Assembly: GCA_030620975.1 (NCBI GenBank)
Contig: JAUXIO010000002.1
Location: forward strand, 1 to 56,175
Reading direction: 5' to 3'
Origin: Dehalococcoidia bacterium
Lineage (GTDB): Bacteria > Chloroflexota > Dehalococcoidia > GIF9 > JAUXIO01
Length of the DNA stretch: 56,175 nucleotides
How positions within the stretch are numbered: the first letter of the stretch is position 1; every line of letters begins with the position of its first letter. Made by a program: the position numbers and the translations under genes. Shown one piece after another: positions 20,311 through 32,945 of the stretch. Below the pieces are notes generated by a model. The model was not told where the DNA came from and did no database searches. It was given only the letters and a program-made list of their open reading frames with translations.

Positions 20311-21080
20311 AGCAAGCTTTAGCCACCATTACCTCCAACACAGAAGTTATGCCCAAAACCCACCTCATCTGGGTCAAAGCCCCTGACATTGCAGCCACAG
20401 CTAAACCAGGGCAATTTATTATGGTACGCTGTGGACGGGAGCTTCTGCTGCGCCGCCCCTTAAGTATTCACCGAGTCAAAGAACCAGATCAACTTTGTTT
20501 CCTCTTCAGCGTGGCCGGCAAAGGTACCTTTTGGCTCTCTCAGTGCAAGGAGGGTAAAAATCTAGACCTTCTGGGGCCCTTGGGGAAAGGCTTTACCATA
20601 GACCCAACTTCCAAAAACCTGCTCTTGGTAGCCGGTGGCATCGGCATTGCTCCACTAGTCTTCTTAGCCCAGCAAAGCCTCAGTCAAGGACACGTGGTAA
20701 CTCTACTCCACGGGGCAACCACAGCCAGCGGGCTTTATCCCCAACAACTCCTGCCCCCAGGAGTTCAGTTTGTTATCACCACCGAGGATGGCAGCGCCGG
20801 TAACAGGGGGAGAATAACTGATATTTTGCCTAATTTCTTCGATTGGGCAGATCAAATCTATGCCTGTGGACCGGTTGCTATGTATCAAACAATTGCAGCT
20901 CAAAGACAAAAGGGTCCTAAGAAAAAATCAATCCAGATTTCCCTCGAGGTGCGAATGGGATGTGGCCTCGGAGCATGCTATGGCTGTACCATAAAAACGA
21001 GATACGGTTGGAGACGAGTATGCCAAGATGGACCCATTTTTGAGTTAGACAAAATTATATGGGAGGAGGTAAAAATATAA
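20307..21080 (+). CDS. pyrK: Dihydroorotate dehydrogenase electron-transfer subunit
   Basis: [22 protein letters not shown] and a C-terminal CGLGACYGC...C 2Fe-2S motif. The TTG start overlaps the carB stop. Confidence 0.9.
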   Translation: MKQALATITSNTEVMPKTHLIWVKAPDIAATAKPGQFIMVRCGRELLLRRPLSIHRVKEPDQLCFLFSVAGKGTFWLSQCKEGKNLDLLGPLGKGFTIDPTSKNLLLVAGGIGIAPLVFLAQQSLSQGHVVTLLHGATTASGLYPQQLLPPGVQFVITTEDGSAGNRGRITDILPNFFDWADQIYACGPVAMYQTIAAQRQKGPKKKSIQISLEVRMGCGLGACYGCTIKTRYGWRRVCQDGPIFELDKIIWEEVKI

Positions 21081-21496
21081 TGGTAATTACCCAAAGGATT
21101 ACTCTTAAAACAAAGGGGCAGTGCGATATCATCGATATAACACCTCAAGTAGCTAAAGAGGTAACAGATTCAGAGGTAAATAGCGGCACAATCACTCTAT
21201 TTATACCCGGCTCAACGGCTGGAATTACCATTATTGAGTTTGAGCCCGGACTCATCTCCGATTTCCAGGCTATGTGGGACAGGATAATACCCAAAGATAT
21301 CCCTTATAACCACGATCGGACCTGGGGAGATGGGAACGGCTATTCCCACATTCGTACTTCCTTGCTCGGCACCTCCTTAGTTGTTCCTTTCACAAATAAA
21401 ATTCTAACCTTGGGCACCTGGCAACAAGTAGTTCTAGTAGACTTTGACAACCGACCGCGCTCACGGGAAGTTGTGCTCCAGATTATAGGGGAATAG
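21080..21496 (+). CDS. yjbQ: YjbQ/UPF0047 family protein (secondary thiamine-phosphate synthase-like)
   Basis: [24 protein letters not shown]...GTITLFIPGSTAGITIIEFEPG...NGYSHIRTSLLG. ATG overlaps the pyrK stop (TAATG), and GGAGGAGG lies upstream. Confidence 0.85.
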   Translation: MVITQRITLKTKGQCDIIDITPQVAKEVTDSEVNSGTITLFIPGSTAGITIIEFEPGLISDFQAMWDRIIPKDIPYNHDRTWGDGNGYSHIRTSLLGTSLVVPFTNKILTLGTWQQVVLVDFDNRPRSREVVLQIIGE

Positions 21497-21573
21497 AAGT
21501 TTATGTTAATTAACTGCATACTGTACGAAACATGCCAGTCCTTAAAAACTTTTATAAATAATCGGCAAAACTA

Positions 21574-21602
21574 TTGACAATTTTCCATATTGGTGTTATA
21601 GT
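21574..21602 (+). promoter_or_regulatory. Promoter candidate for rpoBC
   Basis: TTGACA (21574-21579), 17-nt spacer, TATAGT (21597-21602). Predicts an AT-rich 5' leader of about 150 nt. Confidence 0.6.
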
Positions 21603-21758
21603 GTTTGTTTGTGCTTATGCATTCTCCAGTTTTACTAAACTTTTCACTTCTTACCCATTTATAGAAATTCCAAAAGCAAGATTGCGAGTTAGAGCTTTTT
21701 ATCTCACCCTTGAGCAATTCAATTAACAGCTTATTTTATTAATCGCCGAGGAAACACA

Positions 21759-24700
21759 ATGAGAAAATCCTTCGCCAAACTACCCCAAGTTTTAGAAGTG
21801 CCCAATCTTATCCGGGTTCAACTTGACCCCTTCCGCTGGTTCCAAGAGGAAGGATTAAGAGAACTCTTTGAGGAGATCTCACCCATTCAAGACCTTACTG
21901 GCGCAAGACTAGAGTTAAGATTCATTGACTATGAGTTCCGCCAGCCCAAATACTCCGAGGAACAATGTCGCGAACAAGATATGACCTACTCAGCCCCCCT
22001 CTATGTTAAAGTCCAACTAATAGTTAAGGAAACCGGAGAGGTTAAAGAACAAGAACTATTTTTAGGCGATTTCCCCCTCATGACGGATAAAGGTACCTTC
22101 ATTATTAGCGGAACAGAGCGAGTAGTAGTTAGCCAGCTGATTCGCTCTCCGGGTGTCTATTTCACATTGCAAGAAGACCTCACTACAGGCCGTGAACTCT
22201 GCTCTGCCAAATTAATTCCTGAACATGGAGCTTGGGTCGAGTTTGAGACTTCCAATCGAAATATAATTTCAATCAAAATAAATGGTAAGCGAAAAATTCC
22301 CATCACCAATCTGCTACGTGCCCTCGGCTACGAGAATGACCATAAGCTACTCCAGCTCTTCTGCGATGTAGACAACTCACCTGACTGCTTTTTCATTCAA
22401 TCTACTTTGGATCGAGAGCCTCTAGTTCATACTAGAGCTGAAGCTTTACTTGACATTTATAGACGTCTCCGTCCTGGAGATTTGACCAGCGTCGAGAACG
22501 CCAAGAAACTACTAGATAATTTTTTCTTCAACCCACGGCATTACAGCCTGGGCAAAGTTGGCCGCTATAAACTTAATAAGAGGCTGGGGCTTGATATACC
22601 GCTAACTCAATGCACTTTAACCAACAGAGATTTTATAGAAATAGTGCGGCATCTTATCCTAATTAATAATGGTAAAGAGGCAGCCGATGATATTGACCAT
22701 CTGGGCAATCGTCGAGTAAAAACAGTGGGACACCTCATACAGAACCAATTTCGCATTGGATTACTCCGATTAGAAAGAACAATCAAAGAGCGGATGAGCA
22801 TCCTCGGCCCCCAGATAGCAACTCCATCCACCTTAATTAACATTCGCCCCCTGGTTGCCGCTATGAGAGAATTCTTCGGCAGTTCACAGCTATCTCAATT
22901 TATGGACCAAACTAACCCCTTAGCTGAACTAACTCACAAACGCCGCCTTTCGGCTATGGGACCAGGAGGGCTTTCCCGAGAACGTGCCGGCTTCGATGTT
23001 CGCGATGTTCATCACTCCCACTATGGGAGAATATGCCCCATAGAGACACCTGAGGGACCTAATATTGGCCTCATTGGTTCACTCGCTACCTATGCTTCAA
23101 TTAACCAATATGGTTTTATAGAAACCCCATGCCGTAAGGTCATCAATACAGCATCCAATACCGAAGAAGAGCTACTGGGAAAAACAATACAAGAGGAGGT
23201 ATTAGGCAATGATGGGCATTGCCTAGCCAAGCCTGGAACGCTAGTAACAGAGGAAATCGCCAAAAAACTGGCCTCTGTAAAACCACGCACTATCAGAATA
23301 GTTCCCTTTGTTTCCGACAAGATCGTTTATCTCTCCGCCGATGAAGAGGAACAATATGCTATTGCTCAAGCCGATGCTCCCCTTAATGACAAAGGTGAGT
23401 TTACTAAAGAAAAAATTGATGTTAGAAAAGGTACTAAATACTTTAAAGAGACAGTCGACAACATTGATTTTATGGACGTATCACCAAAACAAGTATTTAG
23501 TGTTGCCGCTTCTCTCATTCCCTTCCTTGAACATGACGACGCTAATAGAGCGCTAATGGGGTCAAATATGCAACGTCAAGCTGTGCCACTAATTCGACCT
23601 GAGGCACCGCTCATCGCTACAGGAATGGAGCATGAGGTGGCTAACTATAGCAAGCAATTAGTGTTCGCCAAAGAAGATGGCGTAATAACCTCAGTTACTA
23701 GTTCACAGATTGTAGTTAAAGGAACAGGGGGAACCCAGCGTACCTACCCATTGATGAAGTTTGTTAGAACTAACCAGGGAACATGCGTAAACCAGTACCC
23801 CATAGTGAATAAAGGTGATAAAGCAAAAAGAGGGCAAGTCCTAGTAAGCAGCTCGTCAACAGACAACGGTGAACTTGCGCTGGGACAGAATGTCTGCTGT
23901 GCCTTTATGAGTTGGTATGGGTACAACTTTGAAGATGCGGTGATCATCAGCGAAAAACTGATCAAAGAAGATAAGTATACCTCCATTCACATTGAGAAAC
24001 ACGAGATAGAGGCACGCGATACTAAGCTCGGTCCGGAAGAAATTACAAGAGACATACCCAACGTAGGTGAAGAAAGTCTACGCAACCTAGCCGAGGAAGG
24101 TATTATCCGAATCGGCGCTGAAGTAGGTCCAGGCGATATCCTCGTAGGGAAAATCACCCCAAAGGGAGAAACCGAGTTAACAGCAGAAGAAAAACTACTG
24201 CGGGCCATCTTCGGTGAAAAAGCACGTGAAGTAAAGGATAGCTCTCTCAGGGTTCCCCACGGTGAGTGGGGAAAGGTTATCAATATTAGAATTTTCTCGC
24301 GTGATGCCCATCCCGAATTAGCCGCCGGAGTAAATCAAATAGTACAGGTGTGGATTGCCCAGAAACGAAAAATCTCCGTTGGAGATAAGATGGCAGGCAG
24401 ACACGGTAACAAAGGCGTCATTGCCTGCATCCTACCCGAAGAGGATATGCCTTTCCTACCCAACGGCGAACATGTAGATATTATTCTTAACCCAATTGGT
24501 GTCCCCTCGCGCATGAATATCGGACAGATTTTGGAAGCTCACTTGGGTTGGGGAGCACAAATGCTGGGCTTCAAAGCACTTAATCCAATCTTTGATGGTG
24601 CCAATGACACTACTATTGAAGACACTTTGGCCAAGGCCTGGATAGCCCAACGAGCTGGTGCTATCACTGGTCCTGATTCTCACAACGGCAATACAGGGAT

Positions 24701-25388
24701 AGCCATCAATTTTGATGAGATTAGAGCATGGCTTGACAACCATGGCTTTAATGCAGAGCAAATATTTAGTGAATCTTCACCCGGAGAGGCTAAGAATGTT
24801 TGTCTCCGCTTGTGGCTGGAAGACTTAGGTATAAATACTCAAATTCTTAGCCAGGAGCAGATTGAGCGAACTGCAGAGAAACTTTATGAGCAGCGAAACC
24901 TAACACCACCCATTCTGGGCAGAATGACCCTCCGTGATGGGCGAACTGGCGAACCTTTCGATCAGTCAATAACTGTAGGTAATATCTATATGATGAAGTT
25001 GATCCACCTTGTTGAAGACAAAATACATGCTCGTTCCACCGGTCCATACTCTCTGATCACCCAGCAGCCTCTCGGCGGAAAAGCCCAATTTGGAGGCCAA
25101 CGCCTCGGTGAGATGGAGGTATGGGCACTAGAAGCCTACGGTGCTGCCTACACAGTTCAAGAAATGCTCACTGTAAAATCAGATGATGTAGGTGGGCGAG
25201 CTAAGACCTATGAAGCTATTGTTAGAGGTGGAGATATCATCCAAACTGGTGTGCCCGAATCTTTCAAGGTTTTGTTTATGGAATTGCGAAGTTTAGGTCT
25301 AGCCGTTGAACTACTCAATGAAGAGGAAGAAAGGATGCGTTTTTTAGAAAAAGAAAGAGTACAAATCAAGGCTGAAGTACAGATTTGA
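21759..25388 (+). CDS. rpoB: DNA-directed RNA polymerase subunit beta
   Basis: 1209 aa with canonical beta motifs ([31 protein letters not shown]-like, KSDDVGGR). Confidence 0.98.
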   Translation: MRKSFAKLPQVLEVPNLIRVQLDPFRWFQEEGLRELFEEISPIQDLTGARLELRFIDYEFRQPKYSEEQCREQDMTYSAPLYVKVQLIVKETGEVKEQELFLGDFPLMTDKGTFIISGTERVVVSQLIRSPGVYFTLQEDLTTGRELCSAKLIPEHGAWVEFETSNRNIISIKINGKRKIPITNLLRALGYENDHKLLQLFCDVDNSPDCFFIQSTLDREPLVHTRAEALLDIYRRLRPGDLTSVENAKKLLDNFFFNPRHYSLGKVGRYKLNKRLGLDIPLTQCTLTNRDFIEIVRHLILINNGKEAADDIDHLGNRRVKTVGHLIQNQFRIGLLRLERTIKERMSILGPQIATPSTLINIRPLVAAMREFFGSSQLSQFMDQTNPLAELTHKRRLSAMGPGGLSRERAGFDVRDVHHSHYGRICPIETPEGPNIGLIGSLATYASINQYGFIETPCRKVINTASNTEEELLGKTIQEEVLGNDGHCLAKPGTLVTEEIAKKLASVKPRTIRIVPFVSDKIVYLSADEEEQYAIAQADAPLNDKGEFTKEKIDVRKGTKYFKETVDNIDFMDVSPKQVFSVAASLIPFLEHDDANRALMGSNMQRQAVPLIRPEAPLIATGMEHEVANYSKQLVFAKEDGVITSVTSSQIVVKGTGGTQRTYPLMKFVRTNQGTCVNQYPIVNKGDKAKRGQVLVSSSSTDNGELALGQNVCCAFMSWYGYNFEDAVIISEKLIKEDKYTSIHIEKHEIEARDTKLGPEEITRDIPNVGEESLRNLAEEGIIRIGAEVGPGDILVGKITPKGETELTAEEKLLRAIFGEKAREVKDSSLRVPHGEWGKVINIRIFSRDAHPELAAGVNQIVQVWIAQKRKISVGDKMAGRHGNKGVIACILPEEDMPFLPNGEHVDIILNPIGVPSRMNIGQILEAHLGWGAQMLGFKALNPIFDGANDTTIEDTLAKAWIAQRAGAITGPDSHNGNTGIAINFDEIRAWLDNHGFNAEQIFSESSPGEAKNVCLRLWLEDLGINTQILSQEQIERTAEKLYEQRNLTPPILGRMTLRDGRTGEPFDQSITVGNIYMMKLIHLVEDKIHARSTGPYSLITQQPLGGKAQFGGQRLGEMEVWALEAYGAAYTVQEMLTVKSDDVGGRAKTYEAIVRGGDIIQTGVPESFKVLFMELRSLGLAVELLNEEEERMRFLEKERVQIKAEVQI

Positions 25389-25402
25389 GATGGGGAGTAG
25401 AA

Positions 25403-28400
25403 ATGGCTGAGATCAACAATTTCGATGCTGTTCGCATTTCTCTAGCTTCACCAGAGCAGATCAGAAGCTGGTCCTATGGTGAGGTAACTAAACCTGAGAC
25501 GATCAATTATCGTACTCTGAAACCAGAGAAGGATGGGCTCTTCTGCGAAAGAATCTTTGGACCCACCAAAGATTTTGAATGCTACTGCGGCAAATACAAA
25601 AAGGCACGTTACCGCGGCGTTGTCTGTGATAAATGTGGGGTCAGAGTAGAATCCTCCAAAGTACGCCGGGAACGCATGGGGCATATTAAATTAGCTGCCC
25701 CAGTTGCCCATATCTGGTTCGCCAAGGGAATACCTAGTCGACTTGCTCTATTCCTTAACATATCCCCTCGAACTTTGGAACTTGTTCTCTACTTTGCTCA
25801 ATATATTATTACTTCAGTCAACGAAGAAGCTCGCCAAGGGAAACGCCAACAAATTAAAGAGGAAATTTACCAGCAGATAGCCGAAAAAGAAAAAATATTG
25901 CATGAGCAAATTAGAGAAATAAGCGTCGAGAACCAGCCAGAACAGAAACAGCAAGCTCTTATAGAGGAAATAAATCAGCTCAGACGCAAATTTGCTGAAG
26001 AGAAAGCTCAACTTGAAGAAGGACTGCAGCAAGAACTGGACAAGATAGAAAATCTCCAGCGCTTAAAGCCGCTTACTGAAGGCGAGCATCAAGAGCTTAG
26101 GAGCAAATATGGTGATATTTTTGAAGTCGGCATGGGTGCCGAAGCCATATTACAAATTATTAAGAACATTGACCTCGAAAAATTGTACCAAGAGCTACTC
26201 GAAGAGGCCCGCTCTACTTCAGGACAACGCCACAAAAAGGCCAACAAGCGGTTGCGGATGGTCGAGGCTTTCAGGCATAGCGGCAATAAGCCAGAGTGGA
26301 TGATACTAACTGTAATTCCCGTACTACCTCCAGAACTCCGCCCCATAGTCCAACTAGATGGTGGTCGCTTTGCCACCAGTGACCTAAATGACCTTTACCG
26401 ACGCGTGATTAACCGCAATAATCGCCTCCAACGGCTTATTGGGTTAGGTGCACCAGAAATCATCATCCATAATGAGAAACGCATGCTTCAAGAAGCCGTT
26501 GATTCACTCATTGACAATGGAAGAAGAGGTCAAGTAATTACCAGAGGTGGCAATCACAGATTAAAGTCACTATCAGATACACTCAGAGGCAAACAGGGGC
26601 GCTTCCGCCAAAATCTACTTGGTAAACGGGTAGACTATAGCGGCCGTTCGGTTATCGTAGTCGGACCTAGCCTTAAGCTTCATCAATGCGGCTTGCCTCG
26701 ACGCATGGCCGTGGAATTGTTCAAACCCTTCGTTATGCACAAACTTATAGAACAGGGCTATGCCCACAACATAAAAAGTGCCCGACGGCTGATGGAAAGA
26801 GCGTCGCCCGAGATATCAGATTTACTGGAAGAGGTAATTAAAGAGCGTCCCGTGCTACTCAACCGCGCTCCAACACTACACCGCTTGGGTATCCAAGCCT
26901 TCGAACCCGTGCTTATCGATGGAAACGCTATACAACTTCACCCTCTAGTATGTGCTGCTTTCAATGCCGACTTCGATGGTGACCAAATGGCGGTCCATGT
27001 ACCACTCTCCGGGACAGCCGTTAAAGAAGCTAGAGAGCATATGCTTAGCACTCACAATATATTACTACCAAGTTGCGGTGAGCCTGTAATGGTGCCCACC
27101 CTAGATATGGCCCTTGGATGCTATTATCTTACGAAAATTAAGCCGCAGGCAAGGAGAGAGAAAATAGTTTTTGCTAGCTTTGAGGAAGCTAAGCTAGCTT
27201 ACGAATTTGGTGCTATTGAACTGAACGCCGAAATTGAAGTGAGAAATCCTAACGGAGAGAGGATAAAGACTTCTGTTGGTCGTATCCTATTCAATGACGC
27301 TCTACCCGCAGAGCTACCCTTCTACAATGATGTAGCAGACAAAGCTACCCTGAAGCGGCTAGTTTCGGATTGCCACCAATTGCTGGGAGATATATGTACT
27401 GTTACCATGCTTGACGATCTCAAACAGCTTGGTTTCAACTATGCAACGAAATCTGGCATTACCATCGCCATGGGGGACATCGAGGTACCCCCCACTAAAA
27501 CTAAACTTCTCGAAGAGGCCGACGAGAAAATTGCCGTTATCGAAAATCAACTTAACCGAGGTTTAATCACCGAAGATGAGCGTTATGACAATGCAGTCCA
27601 AATATGGACAGAAGCTACAGATAAAATTACCGAGACTATCTCCCAATCGCTCGACCGCTATGGAGGACTTTACATAATGGCAACCTCTGGAGCAAAGGGC
27701 AATATATCCCAAATCAGGCAAATGGCCGGAATGCGGGGAATGATGACTGACCCCTCGGGAAAGATAATTGATTTCCCCATCAGATCAAGTTTTCGCGAGG
27801 GTCTTACAGTTATGGAATATTTCATCTCCACTCATGGAGCCCGCAAAGGACTTGCTGATACCGCTTTAAGAACTTCAAATAGTGGTTACCTCACCCGACG
27901 TCTCATCGATGTGGCTCAAGATGTAATCGTTCTTGAGAAAGACTGTGGTACCACCGAAGGTATCTGGCTACGCGAAGGAGAGAAAGGATTCTTACTCACG
28001 CTTGAAGAACGGCTTATCGGTCGCCTAGCTGCAGCTAGGATAGTTAACCCCCAGACAGGCGAAACCATCGTTGAGCGCAACGAGGAAATCGATGAAGATA
28101 AAGCTAAACAAATCACTGCAGCCGCCATTACTGAAGTTTATATCAGATCTCCTCTTAGCTGCCGCACCCATCGTGGCGTTTGCCAGTATTGTTATGGACG
28201 AGATCTTGCCCGAAGGCAATTAGTAAAAATTGGCACCGCCGTAGGTATCATCGCCGCCGAGAGTATCGGCGAACCAGGCACCCAGCTAACTCTTCGCACC
28301 TTTCATACTGGCGGCATAGTGGGAGTTGACATCACCAGTGGTCTACCCCGGATAGAAGAGCTGTTTGAAGCTAGATCTCCAAAAGGGCATGCCATTCTCT

Positions 28401-29311
28401 CTGAGATCGATGGCGTAGCCGAAGTAATCAGCAATGAACAGGAGCGCAAAATCACAATTACTAATGTAGAATCCTATTTAGATGAATATCCGCTATCATC
28501 AGAGATGGAAGTAGTTGTAAGTAATAGGGATCAGGTTGATATAGGGGCAGTTCTGGCTCGTTCAACACTGCCCGCCCCTACAAATACAGTTGAACCCCAG
28601 CTACCAACAATCACCAAGGAACAACTTCTATTAGCCAGGGTTCCCGGCCAGGTAACTATCGAAGATAACCGCCTCTACATCAAGTATGAGGAACGGGACT
28701 CGCGGGAATACATAACTTCACCCTCTGTCCACCTTCGCGTGAAATCGGGCACTAATATTAAAGCCGGAGACCAGCTAACAGATGGTTCCATTGACCCTAA
28801 AGATACCCTGCGCATCGCTGGAAGAGAAGAGACACAGCGATATCTAGTTGATGAAGTACAAAAAGTATATCGCTCCCAAGGTGTAACCATCAGCGATAAA
28901 CATATTGAAATTATCATTCGCCAAATGTTAAGCAGAGTGCGAGTCGAATCGTCAGGCGATACAGAGCTGCTACCTGACGAGCTGGTTAATCGGTTCAGCT
29001 ATGAAGATATAAATGCCAAGATATTAGCTGAAGGGGGAGAGCCAGCAACCGCTCAGACAGTCCTTTTGGGAATAACTAGAGCTTCGTTGAACACAGATAG
29101 CTGGCTCGCAGCAGCCTCCTTCCAAGAAACTACCCGAGTGCTTACTGAGGCATCCGTCCAAGGTAAAATAGATAAACTCTTAGGTCTCAAGGAAAACGTA
29201 ATCATAGGTAAGCTTATTCCAGCTCAAGCCCTAACCAAAGAAGAAGTTGATGCCAAGATTCTAGCAAACACACAACCAGCTCAATTAGACACCACGCAAC
29301 CCATAATATAA
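25403..29311 (+). CDS. rpoC: DNA-directed RNA polymerase subunit beta'
   Basis: [12 protein letters not shown] catalytic motif and a Zn-finger [20 protein letters not shown]. The likely ATG is at 25403 (GGGGAG upstream); the track start at 25385 overlaps the rpoB stop. Confidence 0.98.
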   Translation: MAEINNFDAVRISLASPEQIRSWSYGEVTKPETINYRTLKPEKDGLFCERIFGPTKDFECYCGKYKKARYRGVVCDKCGVRVESSKVRRERMGHIKLAAPVAHIWFAKGIPSRLALFLNISPRTLELVLYFAQYIITSVNEEARQGKRQQIKEEIYQQIAEKEKILHEQIREISVENQPEQKQQALIEEINQLRRKFAEEKAQLEEGLQQELDKIENLQRLKPLTEGEHQELRSKYGDIFEVGMGAEAILQIIKNIDLEKLYQELLEEARSTSGQRHKKANKRLRMVEAFRHSGNKPEWMILTVIPVLPPELRPIVQLDGGRFATSDLNDLYRRVINRNNRLQRLIGLGAPEIIIHNEKRMLQEAVDSLIDNGRRGQVITRGGNHRLKSLSDTLRGKQGRFRQNLLGKRVDYSGRSVIVVGPSLKLHQCGLPRRMAVELFKPFVMHKLIEQGYAHNIKSARRLMERASPEISDLLEEVIKERPVLLNRAPTLHRLGIQAFEPVLIDGNAIQLHPLVCAAFNADFDGDQMAVHVPLSGTAVKEAREHMLSTHNILLPSCGEPVMVPTLDMALGCYYLTKIKPQARREKIVFASFEEAKLAYEFGAIELNAEIEVRNPNGERIKTSVGRILFNDALPAELPFYNDVADKATLKRLVSDCHQLLGDICTVTMLDDLKQLGFNYATKSGITIAMGDIEVPPTKTKLLEEADEKIAVIENQLNRGLITEDERYDNAVQIWTEATDKITETISQSLDRYGGLYIMATSGAKGNISQIRQMAGMRGMMTDPSGKIIDFPIRSSFREGLTVMEYFISTHGARKGLADTALRTSNSGYLTRRLIDVAQDVIVLEKDCGTTEGIWLREGEKGFLLTLEERLIGRLAAARIVNPQTGETIVERNEEIDEDKAKQITAAAITEVYIRSPLSCRTHRGVCQYCYGRDLARRQLVKIGTAVGIIAAESIGEPGTQLTLRTFHTGGIVGVDITSGLPRIEELFEARSPKGHAILSEIDGVAEVISNEQERKITITNVESYLDEYPLSSEMEVVVSNRDQVDIGAVLARSTLPAPTNTVEPQLPTITKEQLLLARVPGQVTIEDNRLYIKYEERDSREYITSPSVHLRVKSGTNIKAGDQLTDGSIDPKDTLRIAGREETQRYLVDEVQKVYRSQGVTISDKHIEIIIRQMLSRVRVESSGDTELLPDELVNRFSYEDINAKILAEGGEPATAQTVLLGITRASLNTDSWLAAASFQETTRVLTEASVQGKIDKLLGLKENVIIGKLIPAQALTKEEVDAKILANTQPAQLDTTQPII

Positions 29312-29369
29312 ATAGTCTGAAGCAACCACCAAAGACCGAGCTAAATTTAAGCTTCCCAGCGTCAACATA

Positions 29370-29378
29370 TGATATAAT
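29370..29378 (+). promoter_or_regulatory. Extended -10 element candidate upstream of ruvB
   Basis: TGaTATAAT at 29370-29378, 17 nt before the ruvB ATG. There is no good -35. Confidence 0.3.
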
Positions 29379-29395
29379 TTCCGTAGTCACATATC

Positions 29396-30421
29396 ATGGG
29401 TACACGCATTATATCGGGCAAAGGAACTACCGAGGATGCCCCTCTTGATGCCAGCCTTCGCCCCAAGTACTTAAAAGACTTTGTGGGGCAAGAAAAGGTC
29501 AAAAACAATATCAAAATAGCCATCGCCGCTGCCCAAAAACGTGGAGAGGCGCTAGACCATATTCTGCTCTATGGGCCGCCTGGTTTGGGGAAAACCACCC
29601 TCGCCTATATCATCGCCACCGAAATAGGAATTAATATTAAAATTAGCTCGGGCCCTGCAATTGAGCGCCCTGGAGACTTAGCCGCCATCCTTACCAATCT
29701 CCATAAGAAAGATGTCCTCTTCATTGACGAGATTCACCGCCTCAGCCACCACGTGGAAGAAATACTCTACCCAGCCATGGAGGACTTTGCCTTAGATATA
29801 ATCCTCGGTAAAGGTCCGGGGGCAAGGAACCTCCGCTTAAACCTACCCCAGTTTACCTTGATCGGAGCTACCACCCGCTTCGGTCTAATGAGCCCTCCGC
29901 TGCGCGATAGATTTGGTGCCGTTTATCGCCTTGACTTCTACGACGAGCCAGCTATAAGAGCGATCTTAAAACGCTCTTCAAACATCATTGACATAGAAAC
30001 GGAAGAGGGTGCATTTAACCAAATTGCCCAGCGTGCCCGAGGTACACCCAGAGTAGCTAACCGACTTCTTAAACGAGTGCGAGACTATGCCCAAGTTATG
30101 GCAAACGGGGTAATCACCAAGCATATAGCCTTAGAAGCACTCTCTAAACTTGAAGTGGACCCCATTGGCCTAGATGAAGTAGATCACAAGGTATTACACA
30201 CTATAATTGATAAATTTGATGGTGGCCCTGTAGGCCTCGATACCATCGCCGCCTCCATCAATGAAGACCCAGATACCATCACGGATGTTTATGAGCCTTA
30301 CCTTCTCCAGTTGGGGTTCCTAGAGCGAACTCCTCGAGGCAGACTGGCCACGAGGCTCGCCTATGAACATCTGGGACTGCCCCACAAAAAAGAACAAACG
30401 ACTCAGCCAGGCTTGTGGTAA
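29396..30421 (+). CDS. ruvB: Holliday junction branch migration helicase RuvB
   Basis: Walker [10 protein letters not shown], Walker [10 protein letters not shown], and [11 protein letters not shown]. Confidence 0.97.
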   Translation: MGTRIISGKGTTEDAPLDASLRPKYLKDFVGQEKVKNNIKIAIAAAQKRGEALDHILLYGPPGLGKTTLAYIIATEIGINIKISSGPAIERPGDLAAILTNLHKKDVLFIDEIHRLSHHVEEILYPAMEDFALDIILGKGPGARNLRLNLPQFTLIGATTRFGLMSPPLRDRFGAVYRLDFYDEPAIRAILKRSSNIIDIETEEGAFNQIAQRARGTPRVANRLLKRVRDYAQVMANGVITKHIALEALSKLEVDPIGLDEVDHKVLHTIIDKFDGGPVGLDTIAASINEDPDTITDVYEPYLLQLGFLERTPRGRLATRLAYEHLGLPHKKEQTTQPGLW

Positions 30422-30855
30422 GAAATTTAAGTAAAACCTCTCTAATTATCCTTACTTTCTTACTCCTCTTAGCAGCTTGTACTAAACCACCCAACACCGT
30501 CAAGGTAATTGGAATTATTGATGGTGATACCATCGTTGTTGAAGGTGGTTACCACGTGCGCTATATTGGCGTTGACGCTCCTGAAAAAGACGAACCCTAC
30601 TACTTCGAGGCTTTAACGGCTAATCAAAGATTGGTGAAGAACAAAAAGATCAGACTGGAAGAAGATGTCACGGGAAAAGACAAATACGGAAGGTTACTTC
30701 GCTATATTTATGTTAATAATACCTTTGTCAACGCCGAACTGGTAAGGCAGGGCTATGCCCAGGCCAAAGCTTATCCCCCAAATATTAAATATCAAGCTTA
30801 TTTAGAGGCGATGGAAAAGGAAGCCAAGCAAACCCAGAAAGGAATATGGAGATAA
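30415..30855 (+). CDS. Thermonuclease (SNase) family lipoprotein
   Basis: Signal peptide plus lipobox LLLAAC. SNase motifs RYIGVDAPE and YGRLLRYIY. The GTG start overlaps the ruvB stop. Confidence 0.88.
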   Translation: MVRNLSKTSLIILTFLLLLAACTKPPNTVKVIGIIDGDTIVVEGGYHVRYIGVDAPEKDEPYYFEALTANQRLVKNKKIRLEEDVTGKDKYGRLLRYIYVNNTFVNAELVRQGYAQAKAYPPNIKYQAYLEAMEKEAKQTQKGIWR

Positions 30856-30933
30856 AAGCAATCTCACCTCGTCAGCGGGCTCAAGCATTTACATTGGCAC
30901 TTGCTAAGTGCCCACACTTAAATTCATCTGCCA

Positions 30934-31401
30934 TTATTCCACAGGAACGGGAGGAGAGGCAGAATGCCATCTATTACCCCAGCTCAGTTTACCATGCGGA
31001 GTTGGACCCGATTTATGCAAACCCAAAAGAAACCCAAGTGGCAAGTATTCCGGCCTAGCCTTCCACCATTCCTTAATTTCTTCGGCTTGCTCCTCGGTAA
31101 GGCGACCTCGCTCCACAGCCTTACCCAAACGCTTATCAAAAGCTTCGTCCATCATCTCCTGCCTGGCTTGCTTGAAGGCATCTATTAGCTGCTGCTCATC
31201 TATTCCCAAAATCTCAGCCACTCTGGAGAAAAGCTTCTTTAATGGAAGAGTCGACAGGACATGTCCACCTACAAGCTCCGGCTCAGAAATGAGGCTAACG
31301 CCACTGCTGGAATCCTGAGCTAGAACCACACCGCCCGCAGTCATTGAAGTTAATAATCCGACCATGACTATTCCCAAAATAATCTTGCCCCGCTTAAACA
31401 T
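30934..31401 (-). CDS. Secreted hypothetical protein
   Basis: N-terminal signal/TM segment MFKRGKIILGIVMVGLLTSMTAGGVVLAQ, then a helical charged segment. GGAGG lies upstream of the ATG. Confidence 0.65.
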   Translation of the reverse strand: MFKRGKIILGIVMVGLLTSMTAGGVVLAQDSSSGVSLISEPELVGGHVLSTLPLKKLFSRVAEILGIDEQQLIDAFKQARQEMMDEAFDKRLGKAVERGRLTEEQAEEIKEWWKARPEYLPLGFLLGLHKSGPTPHGKLSWGNRWHSASPPVPVE

Positions 31402-31513
31402 AATCCAGAACCTCCTTCCATTAAAAATGTTTATTGCTCCTACCCTTACAACGAAAGAGGAGGCTAAAAGATTAGCTGTGGGGAAGAATTTTTGGCTACC
31501 TTGGTCACAGAAT

Positions 31514-31542
31514 TTAAAAAGCTGCCGACTTAGCAGCAGCTT
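31514..31542 (-). terminator. Intrinsic terminator after the PadR-HAAS operon
   Basis: On the minus strand: AAGCTGC-tgctaagtcg-GCAGCTT followed by TTTTT. Confidence 0.6.
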
Positions 31543-31602
31543 AATTTCTTAAGAACTGCAGGCGGGGCTACTCCACCTAGATAACTTCCAAGATGCAGCT
31601 AT

Positions 31603-32493
31603 TCATTTCGCCCCCCACATGTGTTCCAACAATACTGGGCTAAACAGGAAAAGCAAGGAGGCTAGAGTTAAAATCAGCCAACCCCAAAGCCCAATGTTAC
31701 TCCAACCAACCACAGACACGAGTAGCAAAATTAAAACCATAGGAACTAACAATGCCCCGACTTTGACCCAGCGCCGCCTGACACGAATAAATGTAACAAC
31801 GGTTACGGCAAGAGCAAGAAAACTTACTGCAACCCAAGGGGCTATCACTTGAAGTTGTTCGCCATTCTCAACGAACTCAATATTTCCACCCAATGCCAGA
31901 ACCCAACCCAGCACTATGGGAATGGGAAGTAACATTAAGGAAACATACAGCCAATCCCTAGCTAATATCTGCCTAGCTAGAGAAACCAAGATAAACAAAG
32001 CTAAGGGAACATAAATTATGGCAACCAGCCAAGTCCAATTTCCCGGTAGATAAATTAATAAGCTACCAGCAACCATTACTGGTAATAAATAATAACCAAG
32101 CCAGGGGAAAAGCCAAGCTGGCCTGCCATGACACCATCCATAAATAGCAACAATACTCACCATAACTAAAATAATTGATATCCAGATGGCACTTTGCCAG
32201 TAATGCAGGCTAAACAGCAAGGCGACCAAAAGATGAGGCAAAGCAGCAAAAAATGCCTGCCGCCAGTTGCCTTGATTATGCATTTCACAGATTTGCTGAG
32301 CAATAAGTCGAGCAGGGCCAAAGAGTTGCATGGCCAGCTTACTTGCCTCCTCCTCAGAAACTCCAGATTGCCTCAGCGCCTCGCTCTTATCCTCAAGGTG
32401 TGCGCGTAACTCCCGAAGCACCTCTTTTCTGGTTGAAACCTCGACCTTTAGGTGGATTCTCAACTCGCCTAAATAATTATCCAGTCCCATCAC
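31603..32493 (-). CDS. Multi-pass membrane protein with an N-terminal HAAS-type helical domain (PadR-associated)
   Basis: N-terminus YLGELRIHLKVEVSTRKEVLRELRAHLEDKSEALRQSGVSEEEASKLAMQLFGPARLIAQ, followed by about 6 TM helices. Starts 13 nt downstream of the padR stop. Confidence 0.75.
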   Translation of the reverse strand: MMGLDNYLGELRIHLKVEVSTRKEVLRELRAHLEDKSEALRQSGVSEEEASKLAMQLFGPARLIAQQICEMHNQGNWRQAFFAALPHLLVALLFSLHYWQSAIWISIILVMVSIVAIYGWCHGRPAWLFPWLGYYLLPVMVAGSLLIYLPGNWTWLVAIIYVPLALFILVSLARQILARDWLYVSLMLLPIPIVLGWVLALGGNIEFVENGEQLQVIAPWVAVSFLALAVTVVTFIRVRRRWVKVGALLVPMVLILLLVSVVGWSNIGLWGWLILTLASLLFLFSPVLLEHMWGAK

Positions 32494-32506
32494 TCACCAA
32501 GTTTCA

Positions 32507-32842
32507 CTAGACTTCCGCCGGTTTAACAATTAAGTTAACTGCCATAGAGAATTTCCCCCACGTGGTCAGCTTTTCAGCCAACGCTTGCTTCCCCTCTGCA
32601 GTCATGTAGTAATATCGCCTTTCCTGCCCATTCGGTAACTTCCGCCACTCACCTCGGATAAGCCCGTCTCTTTCCATGCGGTGAAGTGCCGGATAAAGTG
32701 TGCCTTCCTTGAACTGGAAATAACCATTACTTTTGTTCTCTAATTCCTTTATAATTTGATAGCCATACGTTGGTTGACTATTGATTAAATAAAGAAGCAA
32801 GGAATCAGTATTACCTTTGAGCAACTCACGTCCATAATTCAT
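32507..32842 (-). CDS. PadR family transcriptional regulator
   Basis: MNYGRELLKGNTDSLLLYLINSQPTYGYQIIKELENKSNGYFQFKEGTLYPALHRMERDGLI is the canonical PadR wHTH. An ATG at 32842 is preferred over the track start at 32917. Confidence 0.9.
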   Translation of the reverse strand: MNYGRELLKGNTDSLLLYLINSQPTYGYQIIKELENKSNGYFQFKEGTLYPALHRMERDGLIRGEWRKLPNGQERRYYYMTAEGKQALAEKLTTWGKFSMAVNLIVKPAEV

Positions 32843-32945
32843 TTTTATTTGTAACCTCTCTGCTTTTTTAATCGAGCATTCTAAGTTAAAATAGCATGGC
32901 AAACCTTTACCAGTCAACTGTGAGCTAAGTTAAACGAACATCATC

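Noticed and set aside
30896-30912. 7-bp hairpin GGCACTT-gct-AAGTGCC between convergent thermonuclease and secreted-protein genes, considered as a bidirectional terminator
   Set aside because: There is no U-tract on either strand, so it is not reported as a terminator.
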